NCBI GenBank assembly: GCA_963667045.1
Contig: OY762934.1
Span: forward strand, 904,510-936,509
Length of the DNA: 32,000 nt
Reading direction: 5' to 3'
Source: an uncultured Cohaesibacter sp.
GTDB taxonomy: Bacteria; Pseudomonadota; Alphaproteobacteria; Rhizobiales; Cohaesibacteraceae
Positions within the stretch are counted from its first letter, which is position 1. Each line of letters begins with the position of its first letter. Under the pieces are notes generated by a model that was given only the letters and a program-made list of their open reading frames with translations, searched no databases and was not told where the DNA came from. This document shows, one piece after another, positions 10,316 to 18,934 of the stretch. Position numbers and translations under genes: made by a program.

Positions 10316-10420
10316 GCGGTCACCCCGACCTCATTTTTCGTTTCGAATAGATTTTTTATTTAAAGCTAGCAAACTGTTAAAATTCTCTATCAACTTTTCT
10401 CTTTTCGGAAATATTCGGAT

Positions 10421-10457
10421 ACAAAAAGGGAAGATCCCCAAAAGAAGGACCTTCCCT
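10421..10457 (-). terminator. intrinsic terminator candidate after the lipoprotein gene
   Basis: On the minus strand: AGGGAAG-17 nt loop-CTTCCCT (10457-10427) followed by TTTTGTAT. Confidence 0.55.
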
Positions 10458-10504
10458 GTTCTGGATTCATGCGAACCCGCTTCCCGCTGAGGCTCGTTGT
10501 TACC

Positions 10505-10969
10505 TCAGTTGACCGGGCGCCAAGTACCATCACTCTGACGGCAAGCGCGGCCACGAGCGGTCTGAGGCTGCCCATCAACATAAATCGTGTGCGTGTAGTC
10601 ACGGCAGTTGAGGTCATTAACGGTGTAGGACTGAGTCGGAACAATCTGACCATAGTGACCCGTATCCGGGTTATTCCAGGCAACGGGAGCGCCAGAGCGA
10701 CCATATTCCAGTGCGCGATACTGTGCTTCAGCTGCCATGCGCTGATCGTTTTCGTCCAGCATACGCCCGATGGAAGAACCTGCCAGTGCGCCCAAGGCAG
10801 CACCCGCGGCCGTTGCTACCAACCGGCCTTCACCACTACCGATCTGAGAACCAATGACACCACCTGCAACAGCACCGGTCAAACCGCCAAATGTTTCCTT
10901 TGGCCCACCCTGACAGCCAGCCAGAGCGGCTCCCATAACAGCCACAATCGCGATTGATTTGAATTTCAT
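10505..10969 (-). CDS. glycine-zipper surface-antigen-type outer-membrane lipoprotein (17-kDa antigen / RT0821-Lpp0805-like)
   Basis: Lipobox ALAGC after the signal peptide. Glycine-zipper stretch GAVAGGVIGSQIGSGEG...GAALGALAGSSIG. C-terminal NCRDYTHTIYVDG...GRACRQSDGTWRPV module, typical of this alphaproteobacterial family. AGGGG SD upstream of ATG 10969. Confidence 0.85.
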   Translation of the reverse strand: MKFKSIAIVAVMGAALAGCQGGPKETFGGLTGAVAGGVIGSQIGSGEGRLVATAAGAALGALAGSSIGRMLDENDQRMAAEAQYRALEYGRSGAPVAWNNPDTGHYGQIVPTQSYTVNDLNCRDYTHTIYVDGQPQTARGRACRQSDGTWRPVN

Positions 10970-11247
10970 CGTAAGCCCCTATTCATTGCGGCAACCTTCA
11001 AGATCACCAGCCACTAACATGCGATCTGTTTACGTCGTCCCAACTTGTTGAGTCGCGTCCTTGTCAATGCACTGAACCGGATCGCTTCCAGGCAAGCCTG
11101 GCTCCCAGTCACACGATTCCTGATCATGCATCTGTAAGTCATAACGCACCCAAACCCATTAAGTTGCGAAAATGTCGAAAATTTGGCGCATTTTCGTCTC
11201 GCCCGAGGGAAAAGCCACCATCGCGGCTATGGATCAGCCTTTAGTGT

Positions 11248-12651
11248 TCACTCATTATACGCGGGCAATACCAGTGTTGCCTTCAAGCCTCCGAGGCCAG
11301 AGCGGCTCAGGGTGAATTCCCCTTGATAAAGGCTAGAGAGCTCGGAAACAATCGACAACCCCAGCCCCGACCCCGGCTTACTCTCATCAAGCCGCCGCCC
11401 TCTCTTCAACGCGATCCCTATCTCTTCATCAGCAAGCCCAAGACCATCGTCCTCAACTATAATTGTCAACCAGCTTCTGGTCACGTTCTTCGCCCTGACT
11501 GCAGTTTTGCCACGCTGACCGAAACGCTCTGGGTATAGTGATATGATGACCTTTGTTTTGGCCCATTTGCACGCATTGTCAACGAGGTTACCGATCATCT
11601 CTTCCAGATCCTGCACCTCACCCCTGAAGCTGATCAGGTTCGCATCATCGCTCAGCAACGCCACATCAATCCCGGGATAGATCTTGCCCATCACGCTCGC
11701 CATCTTCTGCAAAATCGGAGAAACATCAGTGACCGTACCGATCGTATTGTGGCGAGCAGCAAATCGGGCACGATCCAGATAGAGCTGTATCTGATCCCGC
11801 ATCACGGCGACCTGCTGAACAAGCAACGCTGCCTTGTCACCTTCCGAAGACCTCACTTCGTTGGTAATGACAGACAAAGGCGTCTTGAGCGCATGCGCAA
11901 GATTGCCCAGTTGGGTCCGGGCCCTTTCGAGAGTTTCCTGATTGGAGGCAATGAGAATATTCGCTTCTTCCACTAACCCAGCCACCTCAGTCGGATAATC
12001 ACCCACAATAGTCTGGCTATTGCCGTTGGCGACGTCCCTCACTCTCTTTTGCAATACCCCTAACGGCTTCAAGGCACTGCGGACAAGAAGAAGGGATACG
12101 ATTAGAAGAATAGCGCCAAAGAGCGCCATGAGCAGCCATGCCCTGTTTTGGAACTGAGAGACTTGAGCGTTCAACTCCTCAGCATTCCCAGTCACCCTGA
12201 AATAGTAGCTCTGATCCGGTCCGAACGAAATCTGCCTCTCAAGGATGCGAATTTTCTTGTGATCGGGGCCATGACCAAGGAGATAGCGCCCAATTCCTCC
12301 CGTGTATTGTTTGGCACTTTCCGTCTCAATAGAGAAATTTTCTCCCCCCAGAGACAGAGAGGCAAATAGCAACTCATCTCCCTTGACCTTGCTGACGGTC
12401 CAATACCATCCGGAAAGCGGCAGTTCGAAGCGCGGCTGACCAAGATTGCCCGGTTTCGACAATTCTTCAGAACTGAAAAGCTGGGTGGCCAGATCGCCAA
12501 CAAGGACTTTCAGAACGATATCGAGTTGCTCATCGAAGGAATCCTCAGCAGCACTGCGAAACAGCGAGGTTAGAAACACCCCCGCCCCCAGGGCCGCCAG
12601 AAGCGCCCAGACCGAAATATTGACAACAAGATACCGCGTAATCGACTTCAT
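11248..12651 (-). CDS. PhoQ-like sensor histidine kinase
   Basis: Two TM segments flank a periplasmic domain, followed by a HAMP region. H-box LAHALKTPLSVI resembles PhoQ HSLKTPLAV. N box NLVDNACKWA, G boxes EDDGLGL and GSGLGLSIV. The start ATG shares one base with the regulator stop (TAATG at 12649-12653). Confidence 0.9.
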   Translation of the reverse strand: MKSITRYLVVNISVWALLAALGAGVFLTSLFRSAAEDSFDEQLDIVLKVLVGDLATQLFSSEELSKPGNLGQPRFELPLSGWYWTVSKVKGDELLFASLSLGGENFSIETESAKQYTGGIGRYLLGHGPDHKKIRILERQISFGPDQSYYFRVTGNAEELNAQVSQFQNRAWLLMALFGAILLIVSLLLVRSALKPLGVLQKRVRDVANGNSQTIVGDYPTEVAGLVEEANILIASNQETLERARTQLGNLAHALKTPLSVITNEVRSSEGDKAALLVQQVAVMRDQIQLYLDRARFAARHNTIGTVTDVSPILQKMASVMGKIYPGIDVALLSDDANLISFRGEVQDLEEMIGNLVDNACKWAKTKVIISLYPERFGQRGKTAVRAKNVTRSWLTIIVEDDGLGLADEEIGIALKRGRRLDESKPGSGLGLSIVSELSSLYQGEFTLSRSGLGGLKATLVLPAYNE

Positions 12652-13322
12652 TACTTCGTCGCTTCTGGTGCAACCATGTTGTAGCCCAATCCTCTCACCG
12701 TCTGGATGGCATCAATTCCCAGCTTCTTGCGCAGACGCCCGATAAAGACCTCGATCGTATTGGAATCACGATCAAAGTCCTGATCATAAAGATGTTCCAC
12801 GAGCTCTGTACGCGAGATGATCTTTCCCTGATGGTGCATCAAATAGGAAAGCAGACGAAACTCGTGTGATGTCAGTTTGATGGTCATCCCGTCCACCGTA
12901 ACCCGCCCCGATCTTGCGTCAAGCCGGATAGGACCGCAGGTTATCTCGTTTGAAGCCAGACCGGCGGAGCGACGGACAAGGGCCCTTAGACGGGCGACGA
13001 CCTCTTCCATATGAAAAGGCTTGGCAACATAGTCATCGGCACCAGCATCAATGCCCTGCACCTTGTCGCTCCAGCGATCACGAGCCGTGAGAATAAGGAC
13101 CGGCATTGTCCGCCCGTCACGTCGCCATGCTTCCAAAACACTGATGCCATCCATCTTTGGCAAGCCGATGTCCAAAATGACGGCATCATATGGTTCGGTA
13201 TCCCCGAGGAAATGCCCCTCTTCACCGTCGAATGCGCAATCAACGACATAGCCATTCTCTTCCATTTCTTCCTTGAGCTGGCGATTCAACTCGACTTCAT
13301 CTTCGACGACCAGAATGCGCAT
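12651..13322 (-). CDS. PhoP-like OmpR-family response regulator
   Basis: 223 aa. Receiver domain with ILDIGLPKMDG. TARDRWSDKVQGIDAGADDYVAKPFHMEEVVARLRALVRR closely parallels E. coli PhoP. Winged helix ends in VRGLGYNM. Confidence 0.93.
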   Translation of the reverse strand: MRILVVEDEVELNRQLKEEMEENGYVVDCAFDGEEGHFLGDTEPYDAVILDIGLPKMDGISVLEAWRRDGRTMPVLILTARDRWSDKVQGIDAGADDYVAKPFHMEEVVARLRALVRRSAGLASNEITCGPIRLDARSGRVTVDGMTIKLTSHEFRLLSYLMHHQGKIISRTELVEHLYDQDFDRDSNTIEVFIGRLRKKLGIDAIQTVRGLGYNMVAPEATK

Positions 13323-13409
13323 TCGCTACCCTCTCTTTTCCCAATCCGCGGCTCTTCAATCAGATGACTTACGGCAGTTGATCTGACCCTACCTGATGAG
13401 CGCCCCCGG

Positions 13410-13736
13410 TCACTTGCCGTTTACTGAAATGACACTTCCCGATCTGGCATCCAGTTCGAGGCGAGACACATTGCCCTGCCGCGATAAAATAACCAACTCA
13501 TAAACCAAACGCCCACCGTCCGAGCAAAGATTCGCCTTGATCACGTCACCGCGCACGACCGCATTGGCCGCTTGCGTGATCGCAACCAGACTTTTCGCCC
13601 GACCGTCGGATATCGCCTGCCGAACTGCTCCGCCACCAAGGCATTCTGCCGCTGTGGCAGGTTCGCCCGGAACGAGAAGGGAGACAATCAGCAGAGCCAA
13701 TACCCGGAGAGCACAGATGTTGATCCATTTTTGCAT
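13410..13736 (-). CDS. secreted PepSY-like domain protein, first gene of the two-component operon
   Basis: 108 aa with a signal peptide (LVPGEPATAAE), then a PepSY-like pattern (GDVIKANL...RLVYELVILSRQGNVSRLELDARSGSVISV). The small periplasmic protein + regulator + kinase layout resembles feuN-feuP-feuQ type operons (architecture only; homology unverified). Confidence 0.7.
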   Translation of the reverse strand: MQKWINICALRVLALLIVSLLVPGEPATAAECLGGGAVRQAISDGRAKSLVAITQAANAVVRGDVIKANLCSDGGRLVYELVILSRQGNVSRLELDARSGSVISVNGK

Positions 13737-13758
13737 GAAGGCAATTTATCGTCAGGTC

Positions 13759-13776
13759 GCTGAACCGAAGCTGAAC
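13759..13776. promoter_or_regulatory. perfect 7-bp direct repeat GCTGAAC-cgaa-GCTGAAC (11-bp period) upstream of the PepSY/RR/HK operon
   Basis: Read directly from the sequence. It lies 23-40 nt upstream of ATG 13736. The geometry fits tandem winged-helix regulator binding. Function is inferred only. Confidence 0.25.
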
Positions 13777-13831
13777 GCAATTCGAGACGCCCAGAGGCGC
13801 GAAACTGGCTGAAAATATCGTTAAAGTCCTC

Positions 13832-14083
13832 CTACTTACCACAGTAGCGCACGATTTTCTGGTTGTGTCGCTTGATTTCAAAAATGGTTTGATCGGTGTC
13901 TTTGGCTGACCATGAGATCGGATCGAAGAGAAGGCAGGCCGCCAGTTTACCAGCCATCTGGTTGCCAATGGAGGAACTGTCCAGTGTTGTTGCCTCACCC
14001 CCTCCGGAACCCATCTGAGCTGCGCAACCGGTCAAGGCCGTCATCACGATGACCATCAGCCAATTCCTTTTCAACGGGATCAT
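13832..14083 (-). CDS. small lipoprotein, o-spanin-like, overlapped with the upstream ORF
   Basis: ATG 14083 with GGAGG 3 nt upstream. Signal peptide plus lipobox (MIPLKRNWLMVIVMTALTGC). 63-aa mature protein with two further Cys. It starts inside the 13995-14291 ORF in another frame (89-nt overlap), the arrangement seen for overlapped Rz/Rz1-type spanin pairs. Confidence 0.55.
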   Translation of the reverse strand: MIPLKRNWLMVIVMTALTGCAAQMGSGGGEATTLDSSSIGNQMAGKLAACLLFDPISWSAKDTDQTIFEIKRHNQKIVRYCGK

Positions 14084-14291
14084 TTTCCTCCAGCCTTTCA
14101 GACGCCCCCCATTTGGCATTCATCAATTGTTCCAGCAGCTTGTCTGCGTCTGCTTTCCAGGAATTATTCTTGCCAGCAGCGGGTACCCGTTTTGTCGGTT
14201 GCTCTGGTTCACTGTATCGGGTGAACAGTGAAGCCAGCATCGGAGCCAGCTTCACCAGAAGGCTTAAAACCTTCAAGATAACTGCTACCAT
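13995..14291 (-). CDS. 98-aa N-terminally anchored charged protein, i-spanin-like
   Basis: Internal ATG 14291 of the 159-aa track ORF, 5 nt after the preceding stop. Hydrophobic N-terminus MVAVILKVLSLLVKLAPMLASLF, and the rest is highly charged (KADADKLLEQLMNAKW...EENDPVEKELADG). No SD, so translation would rely on coupling. The coding status is the weakest of the trio. Confidence 0.4.
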   Translation of the reverse strand: MVAVILKVLSLLVKLAPMLASLFTRYSEPEQPTKRVPAAGKNNSWKADADKLLEQLMNAKWGASERLEENDPVEKELADGHRDDGLDRLRSSDGFRRG

Positions 14292-14296
14292 GCTGG

Positions 14297-14506
14297 CTAA
14301 AGCAGCTTCTTGGTTGTATACCAAGTGCGCCAGATGATCGTGGCCGCAGCGGCTAGGCTGGAGATGGTCATTGCCAGACGCTGCTGAACATCGGGATCCA
14401 GATCGACCCCAAACATGGTCAACCCCATTGCAGCCACGGAAACAATCTGGGTCCAGTTGATTTTGGATTCCCAAGCTGGTTTGGATGACTGGTTCGTGTC
14501 ACTCAT
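14297..14506 (-). CDS. 69-aa two-TM membrane protein, class II holin-like
   Basis: ATG 14506 with AGGAG 6 nt upstream. Two predicted TM helices (IVSVAAMGLTMFGV and LAMTISSLAAAATIIW) and a basic C-terminal tail (RTWYTTKKLL). SKxNW...LxP...RTxxTT resembles small holin-type proteins of alpha/beta-proteobacterial phages, recalled from memory and not searched. Confidence 0.55.
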   Translation of the reverse strand: MSDTNQSSKPAWESKINWTQIVSVAAMGLTMFGVDLDPDVQQRLAMTISSLAAAATIIWRTWYTTKKLL

Positions 14507-14576
14507 GCAAAACTCCTGTTAGTTGAGAGGAAAGAATACGCCCGGTTAGCCGGACACAACAAAGCAGACTTCAGGT

Positions 14577-17500
14577 TCAAGCCCGGATGGAAAGCGTCGA
14601 GGGATTGACGCGCCTCAGGAGACGATCCCCAGCCCCGGTTCGACGGCTGACCTGAGCGATATCAAGGACAATATCGGTGAGGTCTTCCACCCCGTCTTCG
14701 ACCTGTGCACTTGCCGAATACTGCCAAACCGAGGCGTTGAGTTCGGTGGTTCTCAGGGTTTTGCCGGTATCGGGGTGGCGGACAGATACGCTATAGACTT
14801 CAAGTTCTTCGCTCAGCGGAATGATACTGTCGACCCAACTGTCTGCATCAAGGCGATCTCTCCGGATCCAGCTGAAGGTCAGGGTGCCCTCCGCTTCTGA
14901 ACGCAGGACACGCAAGTGCACTGGAGACAGCGGAACCAATCCCCGCCCGACAATTCCTATATCGAGATCGATATTTCTAGGATCCGACAGGGCTCCTCCG
15001 GTAGGAACAATCCTGAAAGGCAGTGTCTTTGCCAATTGAGCGGTATCGATTTCGACTGGCATGACGGCCTCGTCCAAAAGGACGAAACGAGCACCTGCCC
15101 CTGCCCCCTTCAGCGCGGCCGCTTCAGTTCCCAGTTGCCCCCGCAGCAGGGTCTTCAGCCGCCACAGAGATGGTCCTATCAATTCAGCATCGGCAAACTG
15201 CAGGATTTCCCAAGTCCCTTCACTGGATTCGATTGCTGCTGCATTTGTTCCTGCAAACAGGCTGGATTGATCGACGGAAGCCAGATCGCCGCCCGAGAGT
15301 TTAACTTCAACGACGCTCGCATGATCCCAACTGAAGCATTCCTGCCCCGCCAGGTCAGTTTGCAATGTGCCAATGACTGCCGACACCCTGAGCGTTTGCC
15401 GATAAGAGAAGCCAATGTCACGGCTTCCCTCATAGAGCCCCAACCCGCCCGGCCAAGGTGAGCAATAGCTCGCCAGGTACGGCGCATGAGGATAGCCGGT
15501 CTTGCCGGGCAACAATGGCAGATCAAGGACCACGCAGACGGGAAGAACGACAGAAGGCGTTGAATGCGACGTTGCGCGGATATTCTGAGCATAGGGAACC
15601 GCATTGCGGGGCGCCATCAGACTGGCCGAAATTTCCCGAGCATCTCCATCCTCGATATCATCGATCCGATAGACTTGCTGATAGCCTTGCGATTCTATGG
15701 AAACCAGATCGCCAGCTTCCAGATCCAGCTTTGACATCGGGAGCTTGAAGCTGGCTGTATGGCGCGCGTAATTGCTTTGCCTGAGCCAGTTTCTTGCCGC
15801 ATCGACCATGACAGGTTCCGTGGAAATGACAGCAAGGGATTGTGCGCTTTCCAGCTTCGTCCGGGCGCTTGGCTGATCATAACGGGCCACCGATTGCCGG
15901 TAGTCCTGAAACAGCTCGTTGAAGGAGAATGTGACACTGCTGGACTCATTTTCCCAAGGGTCGATCCGTTTACTGACAAGAGGTTCCTCTTCCACATCGA
16001 CAAGCAAGTTTTCATCGATAGCCGCAGAAATTCGTCTGTCCCGCTTTTCAAAGCGAAGCCTGTCGCCGCTTGTGATGAAGGAAATATTGAAGGCATTGCA
16101 GAGGTTCTCAAGCGCTGAACGCAGGGACATGCGTCGCTCGATGACAAATCCGTCGACGACGGCGGTGATGGCGTTCAGATCAGGAGCATCAAGGCCGTAG
16201 TCTTCCATCACCGTCTTGATGATATCCTGAAGCGGCGCATTGCCCAGACGACCGTTGAGCCAATGGCCGGTGTACCAGGCATCTCCGTCTGCCCAGGTCG
16301 CACGGCTCAGAGGAAATGCAGGAAATGGCCGCCCGTCCCAGGCCCACAGATACATCTGGTCCGTATCCACCATGGTGCCGCCATAAAGAGCGGACACGGG
16401 ATTTCTATCGACACCATCCCCCTGCCAATAATCAAGACTTGCTGTCAACATCGAGCGCTGCGCCGCATCGCTGCGTGCGCCGGTTGAAAAATACGGCAGG
16501 GCACTTTCCGAAGACTTTGCGTCCGGAAAGACATTGGGCTGATTGGGTCCCATATGGACGGCAGGGCATCCAAGTTCTGTAAACCAGATCGGTTTGGAAC
16601 ATGGCACCCAAGACGTTGCGGATGTACTTTCCGCACCGTCTGGCCGATCAAAATGCAGGTTGGACCACCAGCTTACCAGATCCTTGTAGCGGAAAACCCA
16701 ATCCTTGCCCTCTGCTCTGTCGGTGATCGGCGTTCTGATCTGTTTCTCCCGATCTGTACCGCTGGCATAGTACCAGTCGAACCCCTCGCCTCCGGCAACA
16801 TTGCCTTGCAAGTAGGCCGTCTCCAGCCCTGTATCGGAAACTGACGCATCCAAATGGGATTCGCCCACCCGCCAGTCAGACAGGGGCATGTAGTTGTCGA
16901 TGCCGACCGCGTCGATATTGTCGTCAGCCCACAACGCATCGAGATGGAACCGCACGGTTCCGCTGCCATCCTGAGGATGATGGCCGAAATACTCGCTCCA
17001 GTCTGCAGCATAGGTGAGTTTCGTGCGTCCGCCGAGTACATTGCGGACGTCAGCTGCGAGCTCCTTTAGGCGAGCAACAAAGGGATAATCACCTTCTGCG
17101 TCACGCAGTTGTGTCAGTCCTCGCAGCTCCGAACCGATCAGGAATCCGTCCACCCCGCCAGCGTCAGCGGCCAGCTGAGCGTAGTGCATGACAAAGCAGT
17201 GATAGTTCCATTCCTGCAGATCGTAGAATTGAGTAACTTGTTCTGCGGCCGCTGCGGTGTTGTCAACCGACCCGTCCTGATCAGGTCCGGGATAGCACGT
17301 GATCCGCCCTCGCCACGGAAAAGCCGCCTGCTCTCCGGCTCCATAGGGATCGGCAAGACCATTGTCCGCAGGAATATCCATCATGATGAATGGATAGAGG
17401 GTCACTTCCAGTCCACGTTCCCTGATCGCGGCAATCGCGTGCAGAACAGACACATCTGACGGCGTACCGCCATAGGCAGGGCGTCCGTCGGTAAGGCTGA

Positions 17501-18455
17501 CCCGCTCGACCTCGGATCGGGTCAAACCAGCCACCGACCACTGGCTTGTGTCTGTCACCTTGGTTTCATCGTCAATTTTCGGCTGGATAGCACACTTGCC
17601 AGCTCGAAGATCGGAACCGAACCAGGAAACCACAAGGGCGACACGGATAAGGTTCGGGCAGAGTGCGATCAGATGATCGAGCGATACCTCAAAATCGGTT
17701 CCTGGTTCATAGGAGTGCCTGTTTTCCGAACTCCACTCGCCCTCGGCATCCTTGCGCGACACCTCAGTAGTGTCATAGCCGAACTCGGTCGCACCGGGGA
17801 TCATCACGACCGATCTCACTTGTGTCTCCAGCGCTCCGATTGGCCTTACGACCTCAAAGGACAGCTGCGGAATCCGGTTGCCGAAGTCCTCCAGCGGCAA
17901 TTCCTCAAACACCACATAGGCCAGGCCGCGATAGGCCGAAGCCTTGCCAGCACCCTGCTTGGCTTCAATCAGACTGTCGGGAAGCTGATCGTCCGTTCCG
18001 CGATACACCCGGTAGGTGATGTCATCGAGATCCAGAACTGTGCCATTGGCCCAAATGCGACCGATATAGGCAATCTCACCTTCACACAGACCAACAGCAA
18101 AATTGGCTGAATAGCTGTAGGTGGTCTCGGTGGTCGTCGCCCCCATGCCGCCCTTTGACGCGCCGGTCTGTCGTTTTCTCGAGGTGACTTCCTCAACAAG
18201 GTTGGTCGCCCAGATAATCTGCCCGGTCAAGCGGGCTCGGCCATAGAGGCGTGGAATAGACGCTCCTTCCGTCGAGGTCTGCACCGTCAGGTCGGAAAGG
18301 CTCGAGCCAACCACCGAACGCGAGGAGCCAAAAAGCTTCTGATCGACATAAGCGCCACCGACAGCACCGAGAGCTCCACCTATTGCAGCCCCCAGCGGTC
18401 CGAACAGGGCACCGCCGACAACGCTGCCCGCCGTTTTCAAAACAAGAGTGGTCAT
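14577..18455 (-). CDS. g15: GTA host-specificity / baseplate multidomain protein (RcGTA g15 type)
   Basis: 1292 aa with an N-terminal glycine-zipper segment (GGALFGPLGAAIGGALGAVGGA). Size and position after the NlpC/P60 gene are typical of RcGTA g15 (TIM-barrel-like plus phage-tail domains). Its ATG overlaps the g14 stop (ATGA at 18452-18455). Confidence 0.92.
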   Translation of the reverse strand: MTTLVLKTAGSVVGGALFGPLGAAIGGALGAVGGAYVDQKLFGSSRSVVGSSLSDLTVQTSTEGASIPRLYGRARLTGQIIWATNLVEEVTSRKRQTGASKGGMGATTTETTYSYSANFAVGLCEGEIAYIGRIWANGTVLDLDDITYRVYRGTDDQLPDSLIEAKQGAGKASAYRGLAYVVFEELPLEDFGNRIPQLSFEVVRPIGALETQVRSVVMIPGATEFGYDTTEVSRKDAEGEWSSENRHSYEPGTDFEVSLDHLIALCPNLIRVALVVSWFGSDLRAGKCAIQPKIDDETKVTDTSQWSVAGLTRSEVERVSLTDGRPAYGGTPSDVSVLHAIAAIRERGLEVTLYPFIMMDIPADNGLADPYGAGEQAAFPWRGRITCYPGPDQDGSVDNTAAAAEQVTQFYDLQEWNYHCFVMHYAQLAADAGGVDGFLIGSELRGLTQLRDAEGDYPFVARLKELAADVRNVLGGRTKLTYAADWSEYFGHHPQDGSGTVRFHLDALWADDNIDAVGIDNYMPLSDWRVGESHLDASVSDTGLETAYLQGNVAGGEGFDWYYASGTDREKQIRTPITDRAEGKDWVFRYKDLVSWWSNLHFDRPDGAESTSATSWVPCSKPIWFTELGCPAVHMGPNQPNVFPDAKSSESALPYFSTGARSDAAQRSMLTASLDYWQGDGVDRNPVSALYGGTMVDTDQMYLWAWDGRPFPAFPLSRATWADGDAWYTGHWLNGRLGNAPLQDIIKTVMEDYGLDAPDLNAITAVVDGFVIERRMSLRSALENLCNAFNISFITSGDRLRFEKRDRRISAAIDENLLVDVEEEPLVSKRIDPWENESSSVTFSFNELFQDYRQSVARYDQPSARTKLESAQSLAVISTEPVMVDAARNWLRQSNYARHTASFKLPMSKLDLEAGDLVSIESQGYQQVYRIDDIEDGDAREISASLMAPRNAVPYAQNIRATSHSTPSVVLPVCVVLDLPLLPGKTGYPHAPYLASYCSPWPGGLGLYEGSRDIGFSYRQTLRVSAVIGTLQTDLAGQECFSWDHASVVEVKLSGGDLASVDQSSLFAGTNAAAIESSEGTWEILQFADAELIGPSLWRLKTLLRGQLGTEAAALKGAGAGARFVLLDEAVMPVEIDTAQLAKTLPFRIVPTGGALSDPRNIDLDIGIVGRGLVPLSPVHLRVLRSEAEGTLTFSWIRRDRLDADSWVDSIIPLSEELEVYSVSVRHPDTGKTLRTTELNASVWQYSASAQVEDGVEDLTDIVLDIAQVSRRTGAGDRLLRRVNPSTLSIRA

Positions 18456-18931
18456 GATGCTCCTTTCCCGGCCACGTCATTCAGCCGGAAGGATGGAAAG
18501 GCATAGACGCCGCACAAATGCCGCTGCCACCAAGGTGAGAAGGACACCAGACTGACGCAAGCCCCGGCCTGCGCATGGATAAACCGGCTGTCATCGAACA
18601 GAATGCCGGCATGTTTGGCGGGAAACCCTTTTCGATAGCGAAACAACAAAACATGGGCTGGTTGCCGCGCCCCAGCATCAACAGGCTGCAAATACCGTCC
18701 GGCAGCATTGGCCAGCGTTTCTTCGCCGTCGGCATCAGCCCAATCCGGATTATAGGCAGGCGGTGTTTCGAGTATCGGCCAGAAGGCGCCATAGACCCCG
18801 CGTATCAGGCCCAGACAATCGCAACCAGCCCCTTTACAACAGGCCTGATGCTTGTAGGGGGTACCGATCCAACTCATGGCCTCTTCAAGGATCATCGCCG
18901 CACTTACAGATAGTCTTTCTGTGTCAGTCAT
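18452..18931 (-). CDS. g14: NlpC/P60-family phage cell-wall peptidase (RcGTA g14 type)
   Basis: 159 aa. Catalytic Cys context GAGCDCLGLIRG and a downstream His (KHAGIL). In the canonical g14 position. Confidence 0.92.
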   Translation of the reverse strand: MTDTERLSVSAAMILEEAMSWIGTPYKHQACCKGAGCDCLGLIRGVYGAFWPILETPPAYNPDWADADGEETLANAAGRYLQPVDAGARQPAHVLLFRYRKGFPAKHAGILFDDSRFIHAQAGACVSLVSFSPWWQRHLCGVYAFPSFRLNDVAGKGAS

Positions 18932-18934
18932 GGG

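Noticed and set aside
13995-14474. Full 159-aa version of the track ORF
   Set aside because: Its first 61 codons overlap the better-supported holin-like gene in another frame and look shadow-like. Only the part from the internal ATG 14291 is considered.
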